From: Gammaproteobacteria bacterium
GTDB taxonomy: Bacteria > Pseudomonadota > Gammaproteobacteria > Poriferisulfidales > Poriferisulfidaceae
Assembly (NCBI GenBank): GCA_026706895.1
Contig: JAPOXW010000015.1
Coordinates: 28,475 to 92,474, forward strand
Length of the DNA: 64,000 nt
Reading direction: 5' to 3'
How positions within the stretch are numbered: the stretch's first letter is position 1; each line of letters starts with the position of its first letter. The translations under genes and the position numbers were made by a program. The notes under the pieces were generated by a model. It was not told the DNA's origin, made no database searches, and was given only the letters and a program-made list of their open reading frames with translations. Positions 17,731 through 26,553 of the stretch are shown piece by piece.

Positions 17731-20700
17731 GCCTCTCCCCTTCCCGGCATTACGACGTCGCGATTGTCGGCGGGGGACCAGTCGGCAGTGTGTGCGCGCT
17801 CGCCCACGCGCGAAAAGGCGCCCGGGTTGTCCTGCTCGAAGCGAGCCCCGAGGCTTCCAAGCGACTGGCGGGAGAATGGTTGCACCCCCCCGCCGTGCGG
17901 ATACTGCGCGAGATCGGGATCGGGCTCGACACGCAGCCTCCCACCGGCGCAGGCAACGGGTTCGTGGTGTACCCGGAAGACGACTCGGAACCGATCATAC
18001 TTCCCTATCCGGATGGCGCTCACGGATTGGCCTGCGAGCACGCGGTACTCGTCTCGCATCTGCACGAAGCGATCGAGAACGAATCGAGCATTGATTTTAT
18101 TTTCAATGCACAAGTCCGCGAGGTCGTAGACGGGCGAATCACTTTTACTCGCAACGGGTCCGACGAGTCCGTCGCAGCTGCGCGGATCGTCGGCGCCGAC
18201 GGTCGGGGTTCGGTCGTGCGTCGATCACTGGGCTTGCCGACGAACCAGAAAACCTGCTCGTGGATGGTGGGCGTTCTGGTCGACGAAGTGACGTTGCCGC
18301 TGGAAGGTTATGGATACGTGTTGGGGGGCGGACCCGGGCCAGTCCTCATGTACCGCTTGGGGGAGCGTGGCGTACGCATCGTCGTTGATGTCCCGGCGGA
18401 TCGTTGGACGCCCCGGGATCGGATTGGATTCCTGTTGGACTCGTATGCCGGTTGGTTGCCGGAATCAGTCCGACCCGCGTTTGTTGATGCGCTGCGGGCG
18501 GGACAGTTCCGCACTGCCAGCAATAAATTGAGGCTGCGTGTCACCTATGGAAGCCCGCGCCGGGTGCTGATCGGCGATGCGGCTGGACACTATCACCCCA
18601 TGTCGGCGGTCGGAATCACCCTTGGTTTCGGTGATGCGCTTGCACTCGCCGAGAACGGGGACTTTCGCGACTTTGCCAAGAAGCGCTTCCAAGCGATCCG
18701 TGCCCCGGAGTTCCTCGCCATGGGACTCTACGAGGTCTTTGCCGATCATCGGACCGAGGTGGTGGCCCTCCGGCATGCGGTCTACCGAGGCTGGCGAGCA
18801 AGTTCTGCGATGCGCGACCGGACCATGCGTTTACTCGCCTGTGAAAACACATCGGTCGCCCACCTGAGTTCTGCTTTTTTCACGACGATGGCCCGAGCGG
18901 TTGCCGGAGAAATCCCGCGGTCCTTCGACAAACTTGCCTGGCATCGGGCCCGAGACACCTTCAATTCACTCTCGGGCCGCATCAAATGGCTGCTGCGGGG
19001 TGCCCGGATGTTGCACCGGGCGAGAAGCACGGGCGGAGGAGAGGACGAGCAAATTCGGGACGTCTGGTCCCACACGTTCCTGGTCTCCATCCCGTCGAAA
19101 GCCGACGACTCGCAGCCCGCCCGCCCGTGGGCGGTCGAGTCGCCCGATGCCGGCCCGGCATTGAAGAGTGCAAGCGAGCGCCTGCTGGGTCTCCAGGATG
19201 GGGACGGCGCCTGGGAAGGCGAGATGGTCTGGTGTCCCATGCTCACCGCGCAGTACGTGCTGCTGCACTACGCCATGGAGCAGCCGCTCGATCCCGACCG
19301 ACGCCGGCGCGTGCTGCGGTCTTTCGAACGAACCCGTCTCGAAGGCGGCGCATGGGGCCTGCACGAGCACCCGCCCCCCAACCTGTTCGTCACCACGCTG
19401 GTTTACGTCGCGGCAAGGCTGCTCGGTGTCGAGCGGGACGATCCTCTGCTCGAGCCAGCCCGGCGATTCCTGCAGACGGAAGAAGTCCTTGGCATTCCGA
19501 GCTGGGGAAAATTCTGGCTGGCGCTCCTCAATCTCTACGACTGGCGCGGAATCAATGCCATCCTGCCGGAACTGTGGAGCCTGCCACGCTGGATTCCGCT
19601 GCACCCTTCCAACTGGTATTGCCATACCCGGCTCATCTACATGGCGATGGCGGCTGTCTATTCACATCGATTCCAGATGCCCGTCACGCCGTTGATCGCA
19701 TTGCTGCGAAAAGAGCTGTATCCCGAGGGCTTTGCCAACGTCGGCTTTTCCGCGGGCCGCAATCGCCTGCGAAGCGCCGATCTCCACATGCGGCCTAGCG
19801 TGTGGCTTCGGATCGGGTACGGGTTTTCTCGGTTGTTCGAGCGATTCCATGGCAAACACCTGCGTGCTCGGTGCCTGAACGCGATCACCGAGCGCATCAG
19901 ATGGGAACTGCGAACGACCAATCACACGAGCATTTCTCCGGTCAGCGGGCTTCTCAATATCCTGGCCTTATGGCTGCGCGACCCGGACGATCCCGACAGT
20001 CGCCAGGCACTCGCGAAGTTGGACGACTGGATCTGGGAAGACGAGGAATACGGGGCGCGGGTCACCGGGGCAAGAAGCATTTCGTGGGATACCGGCTTCG
20101 CCCTGCAGGCATTGGAATCCATGTCCGAACTCGACTTGAACCCTGAAGTTCGAAACGCCCTCCAACGCGGGGCCGACTTCCTGGAAACGCAACAAATCAA
20201 GACCAGTTTCGAAGGGTTCCATGAGGCTTTTCGAAACGACCCCAAGGGTGGCTGGTGCTTCGCCGGGCAGTGGCATGGCTGGCCGGTCACCGACTGCACT
20301 GCGGAAGCGGTGCTCGGGATTATCGCGGCCCACCGCGAGGCGACGAACACGACCATGCTCAAGGAGGCGATTCCCTTCATGCTGCGCGGCCAGAACCGCG
20401 ATGGCGGCTTCGGCAGCTATGAAGCACAGCGCTCCGCAATCGGACTCGAATGGCTGAATCCGGCCGAGATGTTCGGCGAGTCGATGACCGAGCATTCCTA
20501 TGTCGAGTGCACCGCATCCTGCCTCGCGGCACTCTCCGCCTGCAAGAAGCACTTTCCGGACATCACGGACCAAGCAGTGACGGACGCGATGTCGCGAGCC
20601 GGCGCCTGGCTTCGCCGAACCCAGGCGAGCAATGGGTCGTGGCGCGGCGTATGGGGGGTTCAGTTCATCTACGGCACCGCTTTCGGGATCAAGGGCCTGC

Positions 20701-21185
20701 TCGCCGCCGGAGCCCGTCCCGGCGACCCGGCGCTGCGCCTGGCCTGCCGATGGCTGCTGGACCGTCAGCGTGGAGACGGGGGATGGGGCGAGCACTACAG
20801 CGGCTGCTTCACCGGCCGATACGTTGCACATGAGGAAAGTCAGGTCATCCAAACCGCATGGGCATTGATTGCGCTGCTTGAGGCGGAGGATTCGAACTGG
20901 GCCGCGATCTCGCGAGGCGCCCGGTTCCTGCTCGACACCCAGAATGCAGATGGGGCATGGCCCAGGCAAGACATGGCCGGAGTCTTTTTCCGCACGGCCC
21001 TGCTGGACTACGTCCTGTATCGGCAGTATTTCCCCCTGCGCGCACTCGGCCTTTACGAACAGCGACGTCGAGCCCGGCTGGAGCTGGCAGCCTCTGATTC
21101 CCATACCGCCGGTGCAACGGCGGACGGCACGATGCCCCTGGCGGCGACATTGGAAGAGCCGCGCAGCGCACACGCCCCTTCATGA
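17727..21185 (+). CDS. fused squalene monooxygenase (N-terminal ~430 aa) - oxidosqualene cyclase (C-terminal ~680 aa)
   Basis: The N-terminal part has DVAIVGGGPVGS (FAD), GEWLHPPA, GADGRGSVVRR and GDAAGHYHPMSAVGITLGFGDAL, colinear with eukaryotic squalene epoxidase motifs. The C-terminal part has repeated QW-type motifs (QDGDGAWEGE, QNRDGGFGSY, QASNGSWRGVWG, QRGDGGWGE, QNADGAWP), WYCHTRLIYMAMAAVY, and the oxidosqualene-cyclase catalytic motif GWPVTDCTAEAV (Asp codon at 20292). One uninterrupted frame. The GTG start overlaps the cyp51 stop (GTGA). Confidence 0.85.
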   Translation: MSLSPSRHYDVAIVGGGPVGSVCALAHARKGARVVLLEASPEASKRLAGEWLHPPAVRILREIGIGLDTQPPTGAGNGFVVYPEDDSEPIILPYPDGAHGLACEHAVLVSHLHEAIENESSIDFIFNAQVREVVDGRITFTRNGSDESVAAARIVGADGRGSVVRRSLGLPTNQKTCSWMVGVLVDEVTLPLEGYGYVLGGGPGPVLMYRLGERGVRIVVDVPADRWTPRDRIGFLLDSYAGWLPESVRPAFVDALRAGQFRTASNKLRLRVTYGSPRRVLIGDAAGHYHPMSAVGITLGFGDALALAENGDFRDFAKKRFQAIRAPEFLAMGLYEVFADHRTEVVALRHAVYRGWRASSAMRDRTMRLLACENTSVAHLSSAFFTTMARAVAGEIPRSFDKLAWHRARDTFNSLSGRIKWLLRGARMLHRARSTGGGEDEQIRDVWSHTFLVSIPSKADDSQPARPWAVESPDAGPALKSASERLLGLQDGDGAWEGEMVWCPMLTAQYVLLHYAMEQPLDPDRRRRVLRSFERTRLEGGAWGLHEHPPPNLFVTTLVYVAARLLGVERDDPLLEPARRFLQTEEVLGIPSWGKFWLALLNLYDWRGINAILPELWSLPRWIPLHPSNWYCHTRLIYMAMAAVYSHRFQMPVTPLIALLRKELYPEGFANVGFSAGRNRLRSADLHMRPSVWLRIGYGFSRLFERFHGKHLRARCLNAITERIRWELRTTNHTSISPVSGLLNILALWLRDPDDPDSRQALAKLDDWIWEDEEYGARVTGARSISWDTGFALQALESMSELDLNPEVRNALQRGADFLETQQIKTSFEGFHEAFRNDPKGGWCFAGQWHGWPVTDCTAEAVLGIIAAHREATNTTMLKEAIPFMLRGQNRDGGFGSYEAQRSAIGLEWLNPAEMFGESMTEHSYVECTASCLAALSACKKHFPDITDQAVTDAMSRAGAWLRRTQASNGSWRGVWGVQFIYGTAFGIKGLLAAGARPGDPALRLACRWLLDRQRGDGGWGEHYSGCFTGRYVAHEESQVIQTAWALIALLEAEDSNWAAISRGARFLLDTQNADGAWPRQDMAGVFFRTALLDYVLYRQYFPLRALGLYEQRRRARLELAASDSHTAGATADGTMPLAATLEEPRSAHAPS

Positions 21186-21248
21186 AGAAAAATTCGAGAC
21201 TGGAGAATAATCAAAGTGTACGCAGTTGGATGTACCTGAATATCCGGA

Positions 21249-22892
21249 TCACGGCGACGAGTCTCGCAGATCAATGAGCCAGCTCTCTGGTATCACCTTG
21301 TCGTAGACCTCGGGGAAGGCGTTTCCGGCAGCGTACTTGCTGCGCACATCCCGGTAGAGCCGATGCTCGAACATATGCTCGAATTCGGTGCGGGTCATAC
21401 ATATGTCGGCGTAGAGCATCTGATAGCCACCGCGCTCACGAACAAACTTCTCCAGGCGGCGCATGGTTGGCACCTGGTCGTAGTTGCCGGCTTTGGCTTT
21501 CGTCGGGATGCCATAAATGCCGAGGTTGACGTACATCTGGCTGCTGCCGTTGTTGGCCGGATTCCGCAAAAAACCCTCGTTCGCGCCGTGGTCGAACAGG
21601 CGCACCGGGTCGACCCAGAGTGGGTAGATGTCGAAGAGCCCGTCGCTGAGGCGGACAGACTCGGCAAGGGACCCGATCGGCACCATGATGTCCTGCACGA
21701 CGCGGTTTTCGAAAGCTCGGCGCCGGATCTCCCGGGTGACTGTCAGTTTCAACAGAGAGACTTTCGGCGCGCCCATCCAAGCCCACAAATGGCGATACCA
21801 GGGGGTGTTGGCAAAAGGAATGAGGTCCTTGAGCTGGAAGTACACCGAAGGCGTGTGGCGGTGGAAATAATGGCGGGCGGGAATGTACTCGCTGGCGGCC
21901 CCCGTCTTCAGGCACTGGGCAACATGGCTGTAGAACCACGGCTTGTAGTAATCATTGATGCGATTGATGCGTGCGCCGCGCGGGGGCGTCGCGCAGTCGC
22001 CCGCGAGGATGACGCCGGATTCCCGGGAGAAGACGAGTCCTTCTATGAAACGCGGGGCGTCCGGGGAGGCGGCAAGCTCCTCAAGCCGGGCGCAGAAAGC
22101 GTCGATCGAATGGAACGGTTCGTAGTCGAGCTTGACGTGCGACCGAACCGGGACAATGCGAAGTTCGACACTCACGAGGAAGCCGAGGGTGCCATGGGAA
22201 CAGGGCAAGGCGTGGAAAAGATCGGCGTTCTGGTTACGCGTGGCACGGACAAGCTCCCCGCTGGCGGTTACGATCTCGAAGGCCTCGACCGATTCGAACA
22301 GGCAACCCTCTCGGTGGCTGGTCGTCGCAATGCCGATACCCATGCACAAGCCTCCAACGGTGAGATCGTCCATCTCGGCCTGGACGCTCAATGCGAACCC
22401 CTTGGGGACGAGAAAGGCAGTGATGTCGCCCATGGTGACCATCGGCTCTGCACGAACGATCAGACGCTTCTCGTCAACCTCAAGGATCTCGCAAAGGTTG
22501 ATGGAAACCTGCTGCATGTCCTTCTTGAACTCGGCGGAGCGTACCGACATCGTTTGCCATGGCTTGCGTGCGGTACACATGAATTTGCCCGTGGCAGCGC
22601 AAGCCTGCACTTGGGCTTGAATCACCCGGACAGCATTGTCGTGTTCGATGCCGGTGTTCCTCAACCTCCGGCGGATCCGTTTTCGGATGCCCTCGACATG
22701 ACGGTAGACGAAGCTGGCAGGAACCGCAAAACCGGCGATGACGAGCCCGCGGTTTCTGGTCAGGAAATTGTCGAGGAACTTCGGGAGTCGCACAGGCAGA
22801 GCTTCGGAAAAATTGAGGATAAGGTACTTGATTTGACGAAACCAAAGGCCATGCGGACTTTCCGGTGCAATTAGTGCACATGGAAAAGTCAT
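21249..22892 (-). CDS. FAD-linked delta-24 sterol reductase (DHCR24/DWF1-like)
   Basis: Long colinear similarity to human DHCR24 read by eye: CTARKPWQTMSVR.., INLCEILEVDEKRLIVRAEPMVTMGDITAFL, DDLTVGGLCMGIGIATTSHREG, YYKPWFYSHV, YIPARHYFHRHTPSVYFQLKDLIPF, FPEVYDKV. The first ATG is at 22892; the ORF-track start at 22913 is TTG. Confidence 0.85.
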   Translation of the reverse strand: MTFPCALIAPESPHGLWFRQIKYLILNFSEALPVRLPKFLDNFLTRNRGLVIAGFAVPASFVYRHVEGIRKRIRRRLRNTGIEHDNAVRVIQAQVQACAATGKFMCTARKPWQTMSVRSAEFKKDMQQVSINLCEILEVDEKRLIVRAEPMVTMGDITAFLVPKGFALSVQAEMDDLTVGGLCMGIGIATTSHREGCLFESVEAFEIVTASGELVRATRNQNADLFHALPCSHGTLGFLVSVELRIVPVRSHVKLDYEPFHSIDAFCARLEELAASPDAPRFIEGLVFSRESGVILAGDCATPPRGARINRINDYYKPWFYSHVAQCLKTGAASEYIPARHYFHRHTPSVYFQLKDLIPFANTPWYRHLWAWMGAPKVSLLKLTVTREIRRRAFENRVVQDIMVPIGSLAESVRLSDGLFDIYPLWVDPVRLFDHGANEGFLRNPANNGSSQMYVNLGIYGIPTKAKAGNYDQVPTMRRLEKFVRERGGYQMLYADICMTRTEFEHMFEHRLYRDVRSKYAAGNAFPEVYDKVIPESWLIDLRDSSP

Positions 22893-23162
22893 GGCGCGGC
22901 AAGCACTCGGCAAGGCGTACCGCGAGGGGGTTTCTATGCTTCAATTGTACGACGTGTTCCCCGGGGGCATCCGAGCAATGATCTGAGAAGATGATCCGGG
23001 GTGAAACCCGATGCCGCCCGCACCGCGAAACACTGCCACCCACGAAACACCAAGTCGCAAGCCACTGCCTTGCCGGTGCAAGGACTGTCGTTTCAGGTTC
23101 ACCCCGGGCCTCGCCGACAGCTTTCCTGAGAGTGTCAAAAATTTGTCAAAATAGCCAGCATC

Positions 23163-25772
23163 ATGGCACCGCAACCGGCTCCACTGTTGACTTCACCCAC
23201 GCCGCAGCAGCAGCATACCCCCAGCATGCGCCAATACCTTGAGTTCAAGGCGCAATACCCCCAGCACCTGCTGCTCTACAGAATGGGAGACTTCTACGAG
23301 CTGTTCTTCGAGGACGCCAAGCGCGGCTCCGAATTGCTGGACATCGTGTTGACCGAGCGTGGCCGCTCCAAGGGCCAGCCCATCCCGATGGCAGGCATCC
23401 CGGTAGTTTCGCTCGATTCCTATCTCTCAAAACTCGTCGACCTTGGAGAATCCGTGGTGGTTTGCGAACAGGTCGGCGACAGCCCCTCCGGTCGGGGGCC
23501 GATGGAACGCCAGATCTCGCGCATCGTCACGCCCGGAACGCTGATCGAGGACGAACTGCTGGACGCCGGGCGCGACACCCTGCTGCTTGCGCTGTGGCCG
23601 GGGGATCCGATCGGGCTGGCCAGCCTGAACCTGAGCTCGGGCCGTTTCAACGTGATGGAGCTTCCGTCCATCGAAGACCTGTACGCGGAACTGGAACGCC
23701 TCCGTCCAGCGGAAATCCTGTACCCGGAGTCGAACACCCCCCCGGACTGGGAAGACACGCACTGGCAGCCTCTTTCGGATTGGCATTTCGACGTTGAGAC
23801 CGCCACACGGCTCTTGTGCCAACAACTCGGGGTCCGTGACCTGTCCGCCTTTGACTGTCAGGATGCACCCTCCGCCACCGGAGCCGCCGGAGCCTTGCTC
23901 TACTACGCCCAAGAGACTCAACGGGCAGCCCTGCCGCACATTACGAGCCTGCAAAGGGAGCGGCGCGATACCCACATCTACCTGGATGCCACCAGCCGAC
24001 GTAATCTCGAACTGGAGCAGACCATCTCTGGCGACTCCCGCCACAGCTTGCTCGGCGTTTTGGACAAAACCGTCACGGCCATGGGCCGCCGTTGCCTCAG
24101 CCGATGGGTCCAGTCTCCCCTTCGCGATCGGGAAATGCTGGCGACACGCCACCAAATCGTTTCTCACCTGCTGGACAACACGCACCGTGCCCCGATCCGC
24201 GAACAGTTGAGGAAAGTCTCCGACATTGAGCGTGTCATCGCCCGCCTTGCGCTGTATACCGCTTCACCGCGGGACCTGTGCGGCCTGGCTCAGACCCTGC
24301 AGCGCCTGCCGGACCTGCGCCGCCTGCTGGAGAACATCGACGCAGCAGAATTCGACTCCTACCGTGCCCATCTGCAATCGGACCCGGAACTGGCTGCACA
24401 TCTGGCCTCAGCGCTCGCGGGAAATCCTCCTCCGACCATTCGCGAAGGCGGCGCTATCGCGGCGGGATTCGATTCCGAACTGGATGAACTGCGCGAACTG
24501 TCGCGCGGAGCCGACAATTTCCTCCTGGAGATGGAAGCGACCGAACGGGAGCAGACCGGCATCGCCCAACTCAAAGTCGCCTACAACCGGGTTCACGGCT
24601 ACTACATCGAGATCCCGCGCAGTCAGGCCGCGCGGGTGCCCGACCACTACCGACGGCGACAGACGCTCAAGAACTACGAACGCTATCTGACATCGGAACT
24701 GAAGGAGTTCGAGGATCGCGTCCTGAGTGCGCGCAGCCGGGCGCTGGAGCGGGAGAAACAGGTCTACCAAGATCTCCTGGAAAGCCTGACACCACACCTG
24801 AACCACTTCAAGCAATGCGCAGCCGCGCTGTCCGAACTGGACGTGCTCTGCAGCTTCGCCGAGCAGGCCAAGGCACACCACTACTGCTGCCCCGAACTGG
24901 TCGACGAACCCGGCATCGAGATCGAAGCCGGCCGCCACCCGGTAATCGAACTGACTTGGGACGAACCATTTGTACCCAACGACACGCTGCTCTCCGAGCA
25001 ACGCCGCCTGCTCCTCGTCACCGGCCCGAACATGGGCGGCAAATCCACCTACATGAGGCAGACCGTACTGATCGTGCTGATGGCCTGCATCGGCAGCCAC
25101 GTGCCGGCCAAGCAGACCCGGATCGGCCCCATCGACCGTATCTTCACCCGAATCGGGGCCTCCGACGACCTGACTTCGGGTCGCTCCACGTTCATGGTCG
25201 AGATGACGGAAGCCGCCAACATCCTGCACCACGCCTCCGAATACAGCCTGGTATTGATGGATGAGATTGGGCGCGGTACCAGCACTTTCGACGGGATGGC
25301 ACTGGCGCTGGGCTGTGCCGAATACCTGGCCACCCGAAACCGGGCCTTCACCCTTTTCTCCACGCACTACCTCGAACTGACCCAGCTGGCCGAAACCCAT
25401 CCTGGGATCATCAACCTGCACTTGGACGCCATGATGCATGGTCAGCAGATCGTCTTCCTGCACGCAGTCAAGGAAGGACCCGCCAGCCAGAGCTACGGCC
25501 TGCAGGTCGCGCGCCTCGCGGGCATTCCCGCGCCGGTGCTGGAACGGGCCCAGTCATACCTGTTGGAACTCGAGGACGACAGCACCCAGCGCTGGGCACG
25601 CAGCAATCCACAAAAAGACTTGTTCGTGCCGCCCTCTGATCCTCCATCCGTCCCGGCCGCTCTGGAACGTCTCCGACAGGTGAAGCCCGACCAGTTGTCG
25701 CCAAAGGAAGCCCTGGACCTGATTTATGAATTGCAGAAACTGGATACGGATTCGAGTAATCGGACTGACTAG
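23163..25772 (+). CDS. mutS: DNA mismatch repair protein MutS
   Basis: 869 aa. [34 protein letters not shown], Walker [14 protein letters not shown], and STHYLELT. Confidence 0.97.
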   Translation: MAPQPAPLLTSPTPQQQHTPSMRQYLEFKAQYPQHLLLYRMGDFYELFFEDAKRGSELLDIVLTERGRSKGQPIPMAGIPVVSLDSYLSKLVDLGESVVVCEQVGDSPSGRGPMERQISRIVTPGTLIEDELLDAGRDTLLLALWPGDPIGLASLNLSSGRFNVMELPSIEDLYAELERLRPAEILYPESNTPPDWEDTHWQPLSDWHFDVETATRLLCQQLGVRDLSAFDCQDAPSATGAAGALLYYAQETQRAALPHITSLQRERRDTHIYLDATSRRNLELEQTISGDSRHSLLGVLDKTVTAMGRRCLSRWVQSPLRDREMLATRHQIVSHLLDNTHRAPIREQLRKVSDIERVIARLALYTASPRDLCGLAQTLQRLPDLRRLLENIDAAEFDSYRAHLQSDPELAAHLASALAGNPPPTIREGGAIAAGFDSELDELRELSRGADNFLLEMEATEREQTGIAQLKVAYNRVHGYYIEIPRSQAARVPDHYRRRQTLKNYERYLTSELKEFEDRVLSARSRALEREKQVYQDLLESLTPHLNHFKQCAAALSELDVLCSFAEQAKAHHYCCPELVDEPGIEIEAGRHPVIELTWDEPFVPNDTLLSEQRRLLLVTGPNMGGKSTYMRQTVLIVLMACIGSHVPAKQTRIGPIDRIFTRIGASDDLTSGRSTFMVEMTEAANILHHASEYSLVLMDEIGRGTSTFDGMALALGCAEYLATRNRAFTLFSTHYLELTQLAETHPGIINLHLDAMMHGQQIVFLHAVKEGPASQSYGLQVARLAGIPAPVLERAQSYLLELEDDSTQRWARSNPQKDLFVPPSDPPSVPAALERLRQVKPDQLSPKEALDLIYELQKLDTDSSNRTD

Positions 25773-25864
25773 CAAATCCGTGTATTATGATTGACGGGCA
25801 AGTCGAACCCGCCATTCCCATCTACGACAGGTTTTGCCCATAAGCATGGCTTTCGGAGCCCAAC

Positions 25865-26167
25865 ATGAGTGCCAGAATTAATATCCCCCGCGATCAGGTA
25901 GCAACATTCTGCCGACGCAATCATATTCGTCGCTTGGCCCTGTTCGGATCCGTCCTGCGCGACGACTTCACCGAAGACAGCGATATCGACATCCTGGTAG
26001 AGCTCGAACCGAATCATCCGGTGGGCCTGCTCGGCTTGGCGGGTATGGAGATCGAATTGAGCCAAATTCTTGGGCGACATGCGGAAATCCACACTGTTCC
26101 GGGGCTCAACCCACATTTTCGCGACGAAGTGCTGCAGGTAGCTGAAGTCCAATATGAGCAGGCGTGA
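25865..26167 (+). CDS. mntA: nucleotidyltransferase-family antitoxin MntA
   Basis: 100 aa. LALFGSVLRDDFTEDSDIDILVEL (GS..DxD). Overlaps the downstream DUF86 gene by 14 nt. Confidence 0.8.
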   Translation: MSARINIPRDQVATFCRRNHIRRLALFGSVLRDDFTEDSDIDILVELEPNHPVGLLGLAGMEIELSQILGRHAEIHTVPGLNPHFRDEVLQVAEVQYEQA

Positions 26168-26495
26168 TGATCAAACCAGTCTAAAAGATATGCGTGCTCA
26201 TGCACGTGAAGCCATTGTCTTATTGAACTCTGGCAACTTGGAAGACCTTTCAGGCAATCGGACGCTACAACTTGCCTTGACTCGATTAATCGAAATCATC
26301 GGGGAGGCCGCATACCGTGTTACGCCTGAAGTGAAAGAGCGACATTCCAATATCCCTCGGGGAGAGATTATGGGGATGCGCAACAGGATGATTCACGGCT
26401 ACGATGTTCTTGATATCAGCGTCTTGCACAATACAATCACTCAGGATCTGCCAAGCCTTGTCGCTGTGTTGGATGAAATCCTGGGCAACCAGTAG
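26154..26495 (+). CDS. hepT: HepT (DUF86, HEPN-superfamily) toxin
   Basis: 113 aa. MGMRNRMIHGYDVLD carries the Rx4HxY HEPN motif typical of DUF86. Confidence 0.8.
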   Translation: MSRRDDQTSLKDMRAHAREAIVLLNSGNLEDLSGNRTLQLALTRLIEIIGEAAYRVTPEVKERHSNIPRGEIMGMRNRMIHGYDVLDISVLHNTITQDLPSLVAVLDEILGNQ

Positions 26496-26553
26496 CCAAA
26501 CAACCTTAACCGAAGTCTGATGGGCTAGACTTGGAGTTGTTCGGTAGATTGCG

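Noticed and set aside
21186-21248. Expected bidirectional terminator between the convergent cyclase-fusion and DHCR24-like genes
   Set aside because: Only a 4-bp GTAC..GTAC stem is present, and no convincing stem-loop or U-tract could be identified.
14137-22874. Series of long antisense ORFs across the sterol cluster (14137-15285, 15134-16213, 16309-17562, 19968-21173 on minus; 21363-22874 on plus)
   Set aside because: Each lies opposite a gene with strong family signatures. Their translations are Arg/Gly/Pro/Ala-rich with no recognisable motifs, consistent with GC-driven open frames.
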